A DNA stretch of 64,000 nt from an uncultured Bacilli bacterium (GCA_934163035.1 CAKPJX010000003.1:3992-67991), one strand, 5' to 3'; shown: positions 22,774 through 33,175, numbered from the stretch's first letter. The notes: a model not told the origin generated them from the sequence alone. Translations and numbers: made by a program.

Positions 22774-24731
22774 AAATTATCTAGTTCTTTTAATATTTCG
22801 GCCTTTGTTAATTTATCATAGTCTTTAATGTTCTTCTCTTTAGCTATTTTTCTAAGCTTAGTAATAGACATTAATTCATAATTATTATCTGAATCTTCAG
22901 GCATTTTTTTATTTTCTACTAAGTAATCAATTTGTTCTTTAGTTAAAGTCTCATACTCTAATAAAGATTCAGCAATTAATTTTAATAATTCTTTATTTTC
23001 TTTAATAATTTTAGTTGCTCTATCATGACAAGAATTGATTATCTTACGCATTTCCATATCTATTTCATTAGCAACCTCATTTGAAAAGTGCTGTGCTTTA
23101 TTATAATCTCTACCTAAAAAGACACTACCTTCTTGTTGTTCAAATTGAAGAGGACCTAAATCACTCATTCCATATTCACAAACCATAGCTCTAGCAATCT
23201 TAGTAGCTTTTTCAAAGTCGTTATGTGCTCCTGTTGTTATTTCCCCAAAAGTAATCTCTTCAGCAGTTCTACCACCTAGTAAGCCAACTATTTCTTCTAG
23301 TAAATCAGTCTTAGTAGAGCATAATTTTTCTTCACTAGGAACCATCATATTATACCCACCTGCTGAGCCTCTAGGAATTATAGTAACCTTTTGAACATCA
23401 TTAGCATTTTTTAATTTTAAACCAATAACAGCATGACCAGCTTCGTGGTAAGCAACAAGTTTTCTATCATTTTCACTATACTTACGAGACGTTTTAGCAG
23501 GACCCATAAGTACTCTATCAGTAGCCTCATCTATTTCACTCATAGTAATACTTTCTTTATTACGACGAACTGCTAAAAGTGCAGCTTCATTTAATAGGTT
23601 TTCAAGATCAGCACCACTGAAACCAGGAGTTCTCTTAGCTAAATTAGCAAGTGTTATTCCATCAGCAAGTACTTTATTTTTTGCATGTACTGCTAAAATT
23701 TCTTGTCTTTCTTTTATATCTGGTAAATTAACCGTAACCTGTCTATCAAATCTTCCTGGACGAAGTAATGCAGGATCTAATACATCAGGCCTATTAGTAG
23801 CCGCAATAATAATTATTCCCTCATTAGCACCAAATCCATCCATTTCAGTAAGTAATTGATTTAAGGTTTGTTCACGTTCATCATGACCTCCACCTAAACC
23901 AGTACCTCTTTGACGACCAACTGCATCAATTTCATCAATAAATATTAAACAAGGAGCATTGCGTTTAGCTTGTTGGAACATATCTCTAACACGACTAGCA
24001 CCAACACCAACAAATAACTCAACAAAGTCAGATCCACTTATAAAGTAAAATGGAACATTAGCTTCTCCTGCTACAGCCTTAGCTAATAAAGTTTTACCAG
24101 TTCCTGGAGGACCAAATAATAACACACCTTTAGGAATTCTAGCACCTAATTTTTGGAATTTCTTAGGATTCTTTAAGAAATCAATAAGTTCTTTTACTTC
24201 TTCTTTTTCCTCTTTTAATCCAGCAACATCTTTAAAAGTAACTTTATTTTTATCACTATTAAGTCTTGCTCTACTTTTTCCAAAATCAAGCGAACTCTTA
24301 TTACCAGCCATTTGTCTAGTTAAAAACCAGAATGCGCCAACAATTAATAATAAGATTGGTAATACATTAACTACAAAAAGTAAAACTGTTGATGAATCAG
24401 GATCAGGAATTGTAGTAAACTTAAATCCTTGTTCATCACTTGCACTAACTATCTTCTTCATTACTTCATCGCTTAGTGGAAGTCTAACAAAGAATGACTC
24501 ATTATCTTTATACCCTTTTAAAGTACCTCTAACTTCATAAGTATAAGCATTAGCTCTAGCAACAAGCTCTAATTCTTTTACTTCACCTTTATTCATTACA
24601 TCAATAAATTCATTATAAGTTAAATCATTAACCACTTTATTCATTACATTAAAAGTATAAAATATAGCTAACATAGCTAATGCTAAAAATAAATATGGCA
24701 ACAATCCTCTCTTAACATTTTTTTTCTTCAT
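22767..24731 (-). CDS. ftsH: ATP-dependent zinc metalloprotease FtsH
   Basis: ORF track. Walker [12 protein letters not shown], and the zinc motif HEAGHA. Confidence 0.97.
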   Translation of the reverse strand: MKKKNVKRGLLPYLFLALAMLAIFYTFNVMNKVVNDLTYNEFIDVMNKGEVKELELVARANAYTYEVRGTLKGYKDNESFFVRLPLSDEVMKKIVSASDEQGFKFTTIPDPDSSTVLLFVVNVLPILLLIVGAFWFLTRQMAGNKSSLDFGKSRARLNSDKNKVTFKDVAGLKEEKEEVKELIDFLKNPKKFQKLGARIPKGVLLFGPPGTGKTLLAKAVAGEANVPFYFISGSDFVELFVGVGASRVRDMFQQAKRNAPCLIFIDEIDAVGRQRGTGLGGGHDEREQTLNQLLTEMDGFGANEGIIIIAATNRPDVLDPALLRPGRFDRQVTVNLPDIKERQEILAVHAKNKVLADGITLANLAKRTPGFSGADLENLLNEAALLAVRRNKESITMSEIDEATDRVLMGPAKTSRKYSENDRKLVAYHEAGHAVIGLKLKNANDVQKVTIIPRGSAGGYNMMVPSEEKLCSTKTDLLEEIVGLLGGRTAEEITFGEITTGAHNDFEKATKIARAMVCEYGMSDLGPLQFEQQEGSVFLGRDYNKAQHFSNEVANEIDMEMRKIINSCHDRATKIIKENKELLKLIAESLLEYETLTKEQIDYLVENKKMPEDSDNNYELMSITKLRKIAKEKNIKDYDKLTKAEILKELDNLN

Positions 24732-24740
24732 AAATTCCTC

Positions 24741-26054
24741 CTAACTATATTTCAATATTATATCATAGTCTTCACTTTTTTTCTTATCAAATTTAGATTT
24801 CTTAATTCCAGGTATCCATACAACTTTACCAACAGAATCAACAACAATTGGCCAAGAATCCCTATCATCTAATTTAATCTTTTTGTCAATAAAAACATCC
24901 TTAACCTTCCCGGAACCAGTTATACCCTTAAGCCTTATCTTATCACCGATCCTTCTAGTCCTAACAATCAAAGGTAAAACAATATCAGAACTATTAAGTC
25001 TACATATACTATTACTGTTACTATCACAACTATCTACTTTCTCAATCACATGATTATTTGGTAAAGTAACATAATCATTAAACTCAATTTCATAATTAGT
25101 AATTGCATTAGTAACCAAGACTAATTCTAACACATTATAACTTTTTTTCGCAACAACATCATTAGGTAAATTAACAAAACTGTTAACTTTTTTACTATAA
25201 ATCAAATTCATAATAAGATCAATATGCTTATTATTTAGAAGAATCAAATCATCTTGATAAAAACTATCAAGTAAATAATATAATATTTCTTTTTGTAAAA
25301 ATTGATCTTCTAACTTAAACTTTTCAATATCAACAACACCATTATTAATAACTCTCTTAATTGCATTATTTCTAGCTCTATCTATAAACTTTTCGGCATC
25401 ACTTAAAGTCTCACTAAATTTATAAAATTTTAAATGTACATTATTGTCTTCACTCTTTAAGAATGGAAGTATATATTTTCTATATCTATTTCTAGTATAT
25501 TTATCTTTTAAATTAGATTGATCAATAAAGTAGGGAACATTATTTTTCTTATCATACTCTTCTAACTCTGCCTTTGTGTATAAAATAAGCGGTCTAACAA
25601 TCTTATAAGTACCCATATCAACAATCTTTTTAAAACCACTATATCCATTTAAATTAGAGCCCCTAACAATTCTCATCAAAACAGTTTCCATCAAGTCATC
25701 TCCATGATGAGCAGTCATTAAATAATTAGCATTATATTTTTTTACTACCTCTTCAAAGAAATGATATCTAATATTTCTAGCTTCATTATGAAAATTATCA
25801 TCACCATACTCTTCAATTACCATTGTCTCAAAAGCAATATTATTTTCTTCACAATACTTTTGCATAAATATTGCCTCATCATAACTCTCAGCCCTTACAT
25901 TATGATTTACATGAGCAACAATCAAAGACAATTTATACTTAGTACGTATCGATAAAAGCATATGCAATAAAGCCATTGAATCTGGTCCAGTTGAACATCC
26001 AACAACAATTATATCTCCACCATTAAAGGAAAAATTCTTATCAATATCAATCAT
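24741..26054 (-). CDS. tilS: tRNA(Ile)-lysidine synthase
   Basis: ORF track. PP-loop (GCSTGPDSMALL). tilS-ftsH synteny, with no hprT between them. Confidence 0.9.
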   Translation of the reverse strand: MIDIDKNFSFNGGDIIVVGCSTGPDSMALLHMLLSIRTKYKLSLIVAHVNHNVRAESYDEAIFMQKYCEENNIAFETMVIEEYGDDNFHNEARNIRYHFFEEVVKKYNANYLMTAHHGDDLMETVLMRIVRGSNLNGYSGFKKIVDMGTYKIVRPLILYTKAELEEYDKKNNVPYFIDQSNLKDKYTRNRYRKYILPFLKSEDNNVHLKFYKFSETLSDAEKFIDRARNNAIKRVINNGVVDIEKFKLEDQFLQKEILYYLLDSFYQDDLILLNNKHIDLIMNLIYSKKVNSFVNLPNDVVAKKSYNVLELVLVTNAITNYEIEFNDYVTLPNNHVIEKVDSCDSNSNSICRLNSSDIVLPLIVRTRRIGDKIRLKGITGSGKVKDVFIDKKIKLDDRDSWPIVVDSVGKVVWIPGIKKSKFDKKKSEDYDIILKYS

Positions 26055-26108
26055 ATATACTCCTCCAAGCTAATGTATAGTATATCACAAAAAAAGAAAA
26101 AGAGATAA

Positions 26109-26477
26109 CTATTTAGATTCCTCTGGAATTTTAATAATAAACTCCCCATCTTTAGAATATAAATATTTCTCTCTCGCATATCTCGCAATATAATCAGGAT
26201 CCTTTAATCTATCTGCATCAGCTCTAAGTTCATCCTCTTTCTCTCTCAAGTTGACTAGCTCTTTGTCCAGTTGCTTTTTCTCTTTATATTTATCATATAT
26301 CTCAACCCAAGATTTTCCAATAGTAAAAGTAGTAAGTCCTATTATAAAAATAGACGTACATCCCAATAACAGCAATCTAAGTTTTTTCTTTTTAACTTTT
26401 CTACGCTTTTTTGGCAAATCACTATCACCTACCATTACACCATACATTATAATAGATGAAAATAATAGATACAACAA
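26109..26477 (-). CDS. divIC: Septum formation initiator, DivIC/FtsB family
   Basis: ORF track. Basic N-terminus, one TM, a coiled coil and DPDYIARYAREKYLYSKDGE. yabP-yabQ-divIC synteny. The start codon is uncertain (no clear SD for any candidate). Confidence 0.7.
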   Translation of the reverse strand: MLYLLFSSIIMYGVMVGDSDLPKKRRKVKKKKLRLLLLGCTSIFIIGLTTFTIGKSWVEIYDKYKEKKQLDKELVNLREKEDELRADADRLKDPDYIARYAREKYLYSKDGEFIIKIPEESK

Positions 26478-26513
26478 AAAAAGAAAAAAATATAACCACT
26501 TTACAATATTTAG

Positions 26514-26783
26514 TCACATTTTTTTACCTAAAAATAATTTAGCTACAAAAAAACCCAAAACAAATGATAGTAAAAAATATATATGTAAAATACCAGAATT
26601 AATTTTACTTATAATTATAAAGTATAATAATGAAAAATCAATTACATATATTAAGGTAAAAATAATCCTAGATACCTTTTTACCATGAAACAAAAATTTA
26701 TGATTAAGTCTAGTAATAACATAAAAACAAATTCCATAGAAAAAGGAAAAAAATAGTGATATTAACTGTGCTTTTAAATTCAT
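26514..26783 (-). CDS. yabQ: Spore cortex biosynthesis protein YabQ-like small membrane protein
   Basis: ORF track. ~89 aa, three hydrophobic segments. Located immediately downstream of yabP and overlapping it, as in B. subtilis. Confidence 0.55.
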   Translation of the reverse strand: MNLKAQLISLFFSFFYGICFYVITRLNHKFLFHGKKVSRIIFTLIYVIDFSLLYFIIISKINSGILHIYFLLSFVLGFFVAKLFLGKKM

Positions 26784-27076
26784 TACTTAAACAGTCTATT
26801 AAAAATACTATTTTCTTTATTTTTACTAGAACTATCTTCAACATAATTAATACCACTAATCATTCCCTTAATTGAAACATTTCCTTGTAAAGTATCCAGT
26901 TTTATAAGTTCAAGATCATTTCCTTTTATAATCATAAAACCAGAAATAGTTTCTAACAAAAACTGTTCATTATCAAAATTTTCAATCTTTTTTACTCCTG
27001 TTACTACCAATGACTTCCTATCTAACAAACTAATACCATGATTATAACCATTAATACTATTTTCTTGTTTATCCAT
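26783..27076 (-). CDS. yabP: Sporulation protein YabP
   Basis: ORF track. YabP/YqfC-like sequence (LVVTGVKKIENFDNEQFLLET...GNDLELIKLD). RBS is AGGAGG. Confidence 0.8.
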   Translation of the reverse strand: MDKQENSINGYNHGISLLDRKSLVVTGVKKIENFDNEQFLLETISGFMIIKGNDLELIKLDTLQGNVSIKGMISGINYVEDSSSKNKENSIFNRLFK

Positions 27077-27120
27077 AATAGCCTCCTAAAAAAGACTATG
27101 CAAACAGGAATAAAAAAATT

Positions 27121-27146
27121 ACAAAAAAAAGATGTTTCCATCTTTT
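27121..27146 (-). terminator. Rho-independent terminator after spoVG
   Basis: The minus strand reads AAAGATG-gaaa-CATCTTT followed by a T-run. Confidence 0.65.
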
Positions 27147-27152
27147 TAGAAT

Positions 27153-27434
27153 TTATTCTTCTTCCTCACTGTCTTCATCACTAGCATTTTTATATGCATC
27201 CAAAATTGCTTCTTCAAACATTGAGCGAACTTCTGGATTAATAGGGTGAGCTATATCACGATAACCTCCAGTAGTAGTTTTACGACTAGGCATAGCTATA
27301 AATAAACCGTTGTCTCCTTCAATAATACGAATATCATGTACAGCAAAGCTATCGTCGATTAGTACAGAAGCAATACCTTTCATACGAGAACCTTCCTTCT
27401 CAATTTTACGTACATTTACTGATGTAATTTTCAT
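27153..27434 (-). CDS. spoVG: Septation protein SpoVG
   Basis: ORF track. [11 protein letters not shown]...LKGIASV-type N-terminus and FIAMPSRKT...YRDIAHPIN are canonical SpoVG features. Confidence 0.95.
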   Translation of the reverse strand: MKITSVNVRKIEKEGSRMKGIASVLIDDSFAVHDIRIIEGDNGLFIAMPSRKTTTGGYRDIAHPINPEVRSMFEEAILDAYKNASDEDSEEEE

Positions 27435-27528
27435 GTAAATATTCCTCCCTCTTAAAGTTTAAAACTTTATAACTACATTTTATAATAATATTATTGAAAA
27501 TGCAACAATTTTTATAAATCTAGGAAGG

Positions 27529-27741
27529 CTAATCAACAATTTCCAAATTTTCAACTAACAAATCACTATAACTAAAAGATTTAACCTTAGAATCATCTAA
27601 TCTAATAATAAATATAGCTGGATAAACATCAGTAATTACTCCTGAAAATTCATCAATCTGATTTCTTGCTCCTTTAAATCTAAAAGAATGCAATATATCT
27701 TTATTTTGTAAGACCATCTCTCTAACCTTATCTAATGTCAT
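27529..27741 (-). CDS. veg: Veg protein (biofilm formation stimulator, DUF1021)
   Basis: ORF track. 70 aa. G..N...EF.GVI...YPAIFII...SFSYSDLL pattern. yabG-veg synteny. Confidence 0.85.
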   Translation of the reverse strand: MTLDKVREMVLQNKDILHSFRFKGARNQIDEFSGVITDVYPAIFIIRLDDSKVKSFSYSDLLVENLEIVD

Positions 27742-28520
27742 CTTGGATACCCCACATACATCATACCATTAGTAATTATTCCACCAATACCATCTTTTCC
27801 ATACTTTGTTTTTTCAATCAAATGGATTAAATCTATACTTTGATTCTTGTTAGATAACGCCAAAGAAGTTGCAATAATAGCTGGATCTAGTGCATGAATG
27901 TTAATTCTTTTAGGACTTGATGCAAAATTAGCACCAGCTCTAATCAACTCCTCATAATTTGATTGACAAGCACCAGCAATAACAATTAATTTATCCTGAC
28001 TTTTCTCATATTTTCTAGCTGCTTTAACAGCCTCAATAAAATTTGATGTATTTTGGTAACTGTCTAAGCTTTTAATATCTTTCTTTCTAGAATAATAAGC
28101 ATCATGCCCAGTAATAACAACAATATCTGGCTTAAACTCATTTAATAATTCATAAGTCTTAAAAGGCATCTCCAATTCAGATAAAGCTATACCATTAGCC
28201 TTAACTTTCATATCCTTATAAAAGGTCATACACCTTTCTAAATAATCTTCATCTCCATCAATATGTAAAATCTTACCGGGTAAATAAAAATACTCACTTC
28301 TATCAATCTTTATATCTCTAAGATTTTCCTCAATTATTTTTTTATCTTGACTACTATCTGTAGATCCTGCAGCTACCAGATCATCAATCAAGCTATCCGC
28401 GCAAAGACGTAAATCTACACCCTTTAAAAAGACAACATCACCTTCAAAACCCACAATTTTAAAAAGGACATCATGCTTATGAGAAATTCTAGTAACAATA
28501 TCTCCAATTTTAAAATCCAA
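27738..28520 (-). CDS. yabG: Sporulation peptidase YabG
   Basis: ORF track 27738..28535. FKIGDIVTR...DVLFKIVG N-terminus and ITGHDAYY match YabG. The likely start is TTG at 28520, 9 nt after GGAG, giving MDFKIGD like B. subtilis MQFQIGD. The start remains uncertain. Confidence 0.85.
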   Translation of the reverse strand: MDFKIGDIVTRISHKHDVLFKIVGFEGDVVFLKGVDLRLCADSLIDDLVAAGSTDSSQDKKIIEENLRDIKIDRSEYFYLPGKILHIDGDEDYLERCMTFYKDMKVKANGIALSELEMPFKTYELLNEFKPDIVVITGHDAYYSRKKDIKSLDSYQNTSNFIEAVKAARKYEKSQDKLIVIAGACQSNYEELIRAGANFASSPKRINIHALDPAIIATSLALSNKNQSIDLIHLIEKTKYGKDGIGGIITNGMMYVGYPR

Positions 28521-28582
28521 TAGAATCATCTCCACTTAAATATATGAAGAAAAAAGATTTATATGAAAAAAATTAGCTTACG

Positions 28583-29383
28583 CTAATCAATTAATCTATT
28601 GGCTAAATCTACAAAAACTGACAAATCAAGCTCTTCAGCTCTACTTTTAAGACTCAAATTATGTTCCAATAAAACACTTTCAAGAACTTTTAAGTCATAT
28701 TTACCTAAATTATTTTTAATTGTTTTTCTCTTAAATCTAAAACTATCTTTAACCAAACTTTGAAAAAATGAATAATCTTTTATCTTTGGCCTATCTTTTT
28801 TTTCTGTAAAAGAAATAACTACACTATCAACATTTGGTATAGGAACAAATTCATCTCTAGAAACAAAAAACTCTAATTTAATATCAAAAAAATACTGTAA
28901 TATAACAGAAATAGAACCATATTCCTTGTTTCCACATTTAGATGAAAATCTATCTCCAACTTCCCTTTGAACCATCATAACAATTTTTTTAAATTTAAGT
29001 CCACTATCTATCAATTTTAAAATAATAGGAGTCGTTATATAGTAAGGTACATTACTTATAAAGTACAAGTTATCATAATCATAACTAGATATATCATTCA
29101 TTATATTAGCTTGTAAAAAGTCCTTATAAATCACTTTTACGTTAGAAACATTAGCTAATCTTTTATTAATTTCACTCTCTAAACTACTATCAATCTCATA
29201 AGCCAAAACATTATCAGCATCTCTAGCAAGTTCTCTAGTCATAATGGCACCACCTGGTCCAACTTCCAAAACTAAAGATCTAGGAGTAATATCAGCAGAA
29301 TCAACAATCCTTTTAACAACACTATCATCTTTTAAGAAATTTTGTCCAAACTTCTTTTTAAATTTAACATTATATTTTTCCAT
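28583..29383 (-). CDS. rsmA: 16S rRNA (adenine1518/1519-N6)-dimethyltransferase
   Basis: ORF track. FGQNFL motif, VLEVGPGGAIMT SAM site and NVPYYITTPI. Confidence 0.95.
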   Translation of the reverse strand: MEKYNVKFKKKFGQNFLKDDSVVKRIVDSADITPRSLVLEVGPGGAIMTRELARDADNVLAYEIDSSLESEINKRLANVSNVKVIYKDFLQANIMNDISSYDYDNLYFISNVPYYITTPIILKLIDSGLKFKKIVMMVQREVGDRFSSKCGNKEYGSISVILQYFFDIKLEFFVSRDEFVPIPNVDSVVISFTEKKDRPKIKDYSFFQSLVKDSFRFKRKTIKNNLGKYDLKVLESVLLEHNLSLKSRAEELDLSVFVDLANRLID

Positions 29384-29395
29384 AAATCCCTCAAA

Positions 29396-30244
29396 TTATA
29401 ATATTTCTATATCTTCATCTTCATTATTTTTTTCTTTATCATCATCTATTGAATTATCATGTAAAACTTGAGTATTATCTATACTATTCAAATTATCTTC
29501 AAGCAATATTTCACCAGTATTTTGATCATTAGTTAAAACATCACTAATAGCATCATTACTTTCATAAGTAAATTCAATAATATCATCTTGTAAATTAAGT
29601 TTTTCTTCTTGAGACTCATCATAATCAACAGCATAATATTGTTTTATTTTTTTAATTAATTTTAAAACATCATAAATGATAATTGCTGCAGCAGGTAAAG
29701 CCACTAATATTAAAAACCCAGATGAAGTTGTAAGCAAATGTCTAATATAACCAAGTTTTGGTATTCTAAAAAAAACTTTACCAAACACTTTAGATTCATC
29801 TACTAAAGCTGGATCTTCAGCATTATTATTATCACCTTTAGTTCTAAATACATATCTTCCACTATCAGTAAGTTCTTTACCAATTATCCTATGTGTTACA
29901 GTCAATCCAGAATAATTGGGATCACCAGAAGAAAATGTTATAATATCACCCTTTTTTAAATTCTTAGGATTACTTCTAAATATAACTACAGCATCATTAA
30001 CATTTATATTAGGTACCATACTAGGTGAAACTATTATGAACGCTGCAAACAACGGTGATTTTCCATTATTGCTTTTCTTATTATGGATCGTGTCAACAAA
30101 ATATATCAAAACAAGAAGAACAATAAAAACAAAAAGTAAACCAATAACATACATAAGAGATTTAGCTACAAAACATAATAAGTACTTGAGTTTTGATAAA
30201 AAACTATTATTAGATTTAAAGTTTCCATACTTTTTAATATTCAT
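29396..30244 (-). CDS. sipW: SipW-type (ER/archaeal-like) signal peptidase I with a long acidic C-terminal tail
   Basis: ORF track 29396..30265. VSPSMVPNINVNDAVV (catalytic Ser), THRII (His) and KGDNN motifs are typical of S26B/SipW. A second TM is followed by ~95 D/E/N-rich residues. ATG at 30244 is 7 nt after AGGAGG. Confidence 0.8.
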   Translation of the reverse strand: MNIKKYGNFKSNNSFLSKLKYLLCFVAKSLMYVIGLLFVFIVLLVLIYFVDTIHNKKSNNGKSPLFAAFIIVSPSMVPNINVNDAVVIFRSNPKNLKKGDIITFSSGDPNYSGLTVTHRIIGKELTDSGRYVFRTKGDNNNAEDPALVDESKVFGKVFFRIPKLGYIRHLLTTSSGFLILVALPAAAIIIYDVLKLIKKIKQYYAVDYDESQEEKLNLQDDIIEFTYESNDAISDVLTNDQNTGEILLEDNLNSIDNTQVLHDNSIDDDKEKNNEDEDIEIL

Positions 30245-30330
30245 AACTACTCCTCCTATTTTCAATTATAATACGCCAATTAAAAAAAAACTATAATTTA
30301 GCAATAAAAAAAAGACGCTTTACACGTCTA

Positions 30331-30960
30331 TTATAAAACTTTACCATATACGTTTATCTTCAGTTTATATTTCCTAATAATATTATCAAGTATAGTATTA
30401 TCAGATACCCACATTCTTAATCTAAAATAATCATTAAAACTTTTTTTCTCTGCCGTATTATTTTCAAAAGATCCTTCATATAAAATCATACCATTAGCAG
30501 GACTTCCTAAAATACTTTCTTCATCATTAGGGATAAACTTTGAAGGTGTAGAAGTTATAGGAACATCAATGTACTTACCATCTTCATATTTTTGTAAGTA
30601 AATTCTTATATTATCATCAGATAAATGTTCATAATCAATAAAAGGAATCTTTTCAGCAACAACTTCATAGTTAACAGTAGTAATTCCAGCAATAGTAGAA
30701 GAAACTACAAAATCATAAACATTTCCTGAACCATCCAGTTTTTTACCAACACTATTAGACATTGGTACTGCATTTGTAATTGATATACCATCATTTTTTT
30801 CAACAAATGACATTGAAATAGTTCCAGTAGTAATTTCGTTTTCCTTAGTACCTGTCAAAGTAGTAACAAAAACTGCATAGGAAATACCAACCACAGCAAT
30901 AATCAAAATGGCAAGTCCAAGAACAGATAAAATAATTTGTCTAGATAAAGAATTTTGCAT
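30331..30960 (-). CDS. Secreted protein, paralogue A of a three-member family; SipW-type signal peptide, possibly TasA/camelysin-like
   Basis: ORF track. The N-terminal TM ends in GISYAVFVTTLTG...TTGTISMSF, which resembles the SipW-cognate signal (xYAyF...fTAGTL). The C-terminal region is shared with paralogues B and C (IRIYL...YRL+IWVSD...+I+VYGK). Confidence 0.6.
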   Translation of the reverse strand: MQNSLSRQIILSVLGLAILIIAVVGISYAVFVTTLTGTKENEITTGTISMSFVEKNDGISITNAVPMSNSVGKKLDGSGNVYDFVVSSTIAGITTVNYEVVAEKIPFIDYEHLSDDNIRIYLQKYEDGKYIDVPITSTPSKFIPNDEESILGSPANGMILYEGSFENNTAEKKSFNDYFRLRMWVSDNTILDNIIRKYKLKINVYGKVL

Positions 30961-31011
30961 ATGATCCCTTCCTACATAATATAAATTACCACAATTACTA
31001 AATTAAATCAA

Positions 31012-31614
31012 TTATCGAGCTTTTCCATAAACATCAACAGAAACAGTATAATTACTAAGTTGACTACTATCAAGACCAGAAGTATCAGATACCCAAATCT
31101 TAAGTCTATAGTTATCAGAAGAGTCCTTTTTACTAACACCCTTTAACAAAATCATAGAACCAGCCGGTGTACCAATGTCAGACTTTCCAGTTAAAGGTAC
31201 ATATTGCTTAGGTTCAAAAACCTTTGTGAATGTTCCACTTTTTTGTTTTTCTAAATATATTCTAATCTTATCATTAGATATTGTACTAGTAGGATCCTTC
31301 TTTATACTAATTTCATAATCTATCTCTTTAGAATCTTTCAATGTAGTATTAACAGTAAAATCAAAATAATAATTAACATTCTTTAATAGCATTCCATCAT
31401 TATCAGAAAAAGTCAAAGAATTATCAATAGTTAAAGAATTACTACTATTACTATACGTCATTACAATAGATCCACTATCATAAACTTTATCTTTTTTATT
31501 TTTATTACCAGCAATACAACATACAAAAGCCAAAATAATTGTAAGTAAAAACAAAATACTGACAATAATAATTGATATTAAAACTTTTTTAGACACACCA
31601 TTATTCTTTTTCAT
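31012..31614 (-). CDS. Secreted/membrane-anchored protein, paralogue B
   Basis: ORF track. N-terminal TM. Collinear similarity to paralogue A (SGSIVMTY, IRIYLEKQKSG, NYRLKIWVSD, VSVDVYGKA). RBS is AGGAGG. Confidence 0.6.
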   Translation of the reverse strand: MKKNNGVSKKVLISIIIVSILFLLTIILAFVCCIAGNKNKKDKVYDSGSIVMTYSNSSNSLTIDNSLTFSDNDGMLLKNVNYYFDFTVNTTLKDSKEIDYEISIKKDPTSTISNDKIRIYLEKQKSGTFTKVFEPKQYVPLTGKSDIGTPAGSMILLKGVSKKDSSDNYRLKIWVSDTSGLDSSQLSNYTVSVDVYGKAR

Positions 31615-31622
31615 ATTTCCTC

Positions 31623-32201
31623 CTACAATGAAGTCCTAACATTAATTTTAATTGTAAAATCTCTCTTATTTAAAGTCATAGGATAAGAGTCACTCAACCA
31701 AATCCTCAATTTAAAATTCTTAGTATCTCCATCTAACAGCTTACCAGAATATAAAGAAAGGCCTTCAGGTAAATCATTAAGCGACCTTAAACTACTATAT
31801 GTAGGAATAACATTCTTTTTATAATCAGGCAAAGGAACACCATCACCATCAGTTAAATAGATTTTAACATACTTTAAATCACTATCATCACTTGTTACAT
31901 ATATATCATATTTAGCATCACCATCAGCAGTAACTGAAAAAGAAGCTTCATCAATAATACCCTCACCCAAGTCTATAATATCTAAACTCATACCAGATTT
32001 ATCGGAAAGTGGCATTTCATTATTAATAGATAAAGTCAAATCAGAAACATCCACAATAACTCTTCCAGTATTGTTATCTACCAATTTAATAGAAAAACAA
32101 TAAATAGAAAACAATATCATACATACACAAACAAGAATAATAAAACTCTTCTTATCAAAAAAAAACTTATTTTGTTCATTTTCCAATCTTATCAACCCCA
32201 T
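31623..32201 (-). CDS. Secreted/membrane-anchored protein, paralogue C (start uncertain)
   Basis: ORF track 31623..32240. N-terminal TM. VKIYLTDGDG and NFKLRIWLSD align with paralogues A and B. The TTG at 32240 overlaps the tatD end, and the ATG at 32201 lacks a clear SD, so the start is ambiguous. Confidence 0.55.
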   Translation of the reverse strand: MGLIRLENEQNKFFFDKKSFIILVCVCMILFSIYCFSIKLVDNNTGRVIVDVSDLTLSINNEMPLSDKSGMSLDIIDLGEGIIDEASFSVTADGDAKYDIYVTSDDSDLKYVKIYLTDGDGVPLPDYKKNVIPTYSSLRSLNDLPEGLSLYSGKLLDGDTKNFKLRIWLSDSYPMTLNKRDFTIKINVRTSL

Positions 32202-32226
32202 TATCAAAATAAGATTATCATAAAAA

Positions 32227-32982
32227 CTAAAACAAGTCAAATAAATTACAAGTAGTCAAAGTAGTAACATCCTCAACATTACCTAGATCAGTATTAAATA
32301 TTTCAGCAACCTTTCCTGCTATAACAGGAATATACTTTGAACTATTTACTTTTCCCCTAAAAGGTTCTGGCGTTAAATATGGACTATCGGTTTCTAAAAC
32401 TATGTCACCTAAAGACAACTCTTTAAGAACAGAAGGTAAGTTGCAATTTTTAAAAGTTACTACTCCACCAACGCCTAATTTGTAGCCAAGCTTTGTCAAT
32501 ATATTAGCCACTTCAAGGCTACCATTAAAACAATGAATTACGCCACGATTATTATGCCTTTTTAATATTTCTATGGTATCTCCCATAGCATCTCTTGTAT
32601 GTATAACAACAGGCAAATTTAATTTTTCTGCTAATACAAGTTGCTTTTCAAATAACTGTTTCTGCAAAAATATATCATCCTTACCGTAATGATAATCTAA
32701 ACCAATTTCACCAATCGCAACTACTTTTTTATTTTTAGAAACTATTTCTTCTAATAGCTTTAAGTCATCATCACTTATACTTGAAGCTTCACTAGGATGA
32801 AAGCCTATTGCAAGAAATATATCATTATATTTAGAACATAACTCTAATGCCTCATCAATAGTATCCTTAGCACAACTGCAATTAATTATAGCTCCTATTC
32901 CATTTTTTCTGTTTTCTGAAATAATAGAAAACACGTCATCATAATCGTCACTAGATAAATGACAATGTGTATCAATAAACAT
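32227..32982 (-). CDS. tatD: TatD family metal-dependent hydrolase (YabD-like DNase)
   Basis: ORF track. FIDTHCHL N-terminus, EIGLDYHY and ETDSPYL motifs. metG-tatD synteny. Confidence 0.9.
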   Translation of the reverse strand: MFIDTHCHLSSDDYDDVFSIISENRKNGIGAIINCSCAKDTIDEALELCSKYNDIFLAIGFHPSEASSISDDDLKLLEEIVSKNKKVVAIGEIGLDYHYGKDDIFLQKQLFEKQLVLAEKLNLPVVIHTRDAMGDTIEILKRHNNRGVIHCFNGSLEVANILTKLGYKLGVGGVVTFKNCNLPSVLKELSLGDIVLETDSPYLTPEPFRGKVNSSKYIPVIAGKVAEIFNTDLGNVEDVTTLTTCNLFDLF

Positions 32983-32998
32983 AACTCCTCCAAAATCA

Positions 32999-33175
32999 TT
33001 AATGATTTTTTCTCCAACGATGTATCTTTATTCTAATATAACTAAGGATTATAAACAATAGATATGATAAATCTAAAAGACTTTTAGATTCAAAATAAAG
33101 TAAAGCAATTAATATAATCAAAAGTAAAAAAACATAGTCCAAAGAAAACAGCCTTTCATACTTATTATTATTCAT
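32999..33175 (-). CDS. Possible 58-aa small membrane protein (below the ORF-track cutoff)
   Basis: Manual translation gives MNNNKYERLFSLDYVFLLLIILIALLYFESKSLLDLSYLLFIILSYIRIKIHRWRKNH. ATG is preceded by AAGGAGA with 4-5 nt spacing. Two hydrophobic segments. No family recognised. Confidence 0.3.
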   Translation of the reverse strand: MNNNKYERLFSLDYVFLLLIILIALLYFESKSLLDLSYLLFIILSYIRIKIHRWRKNH

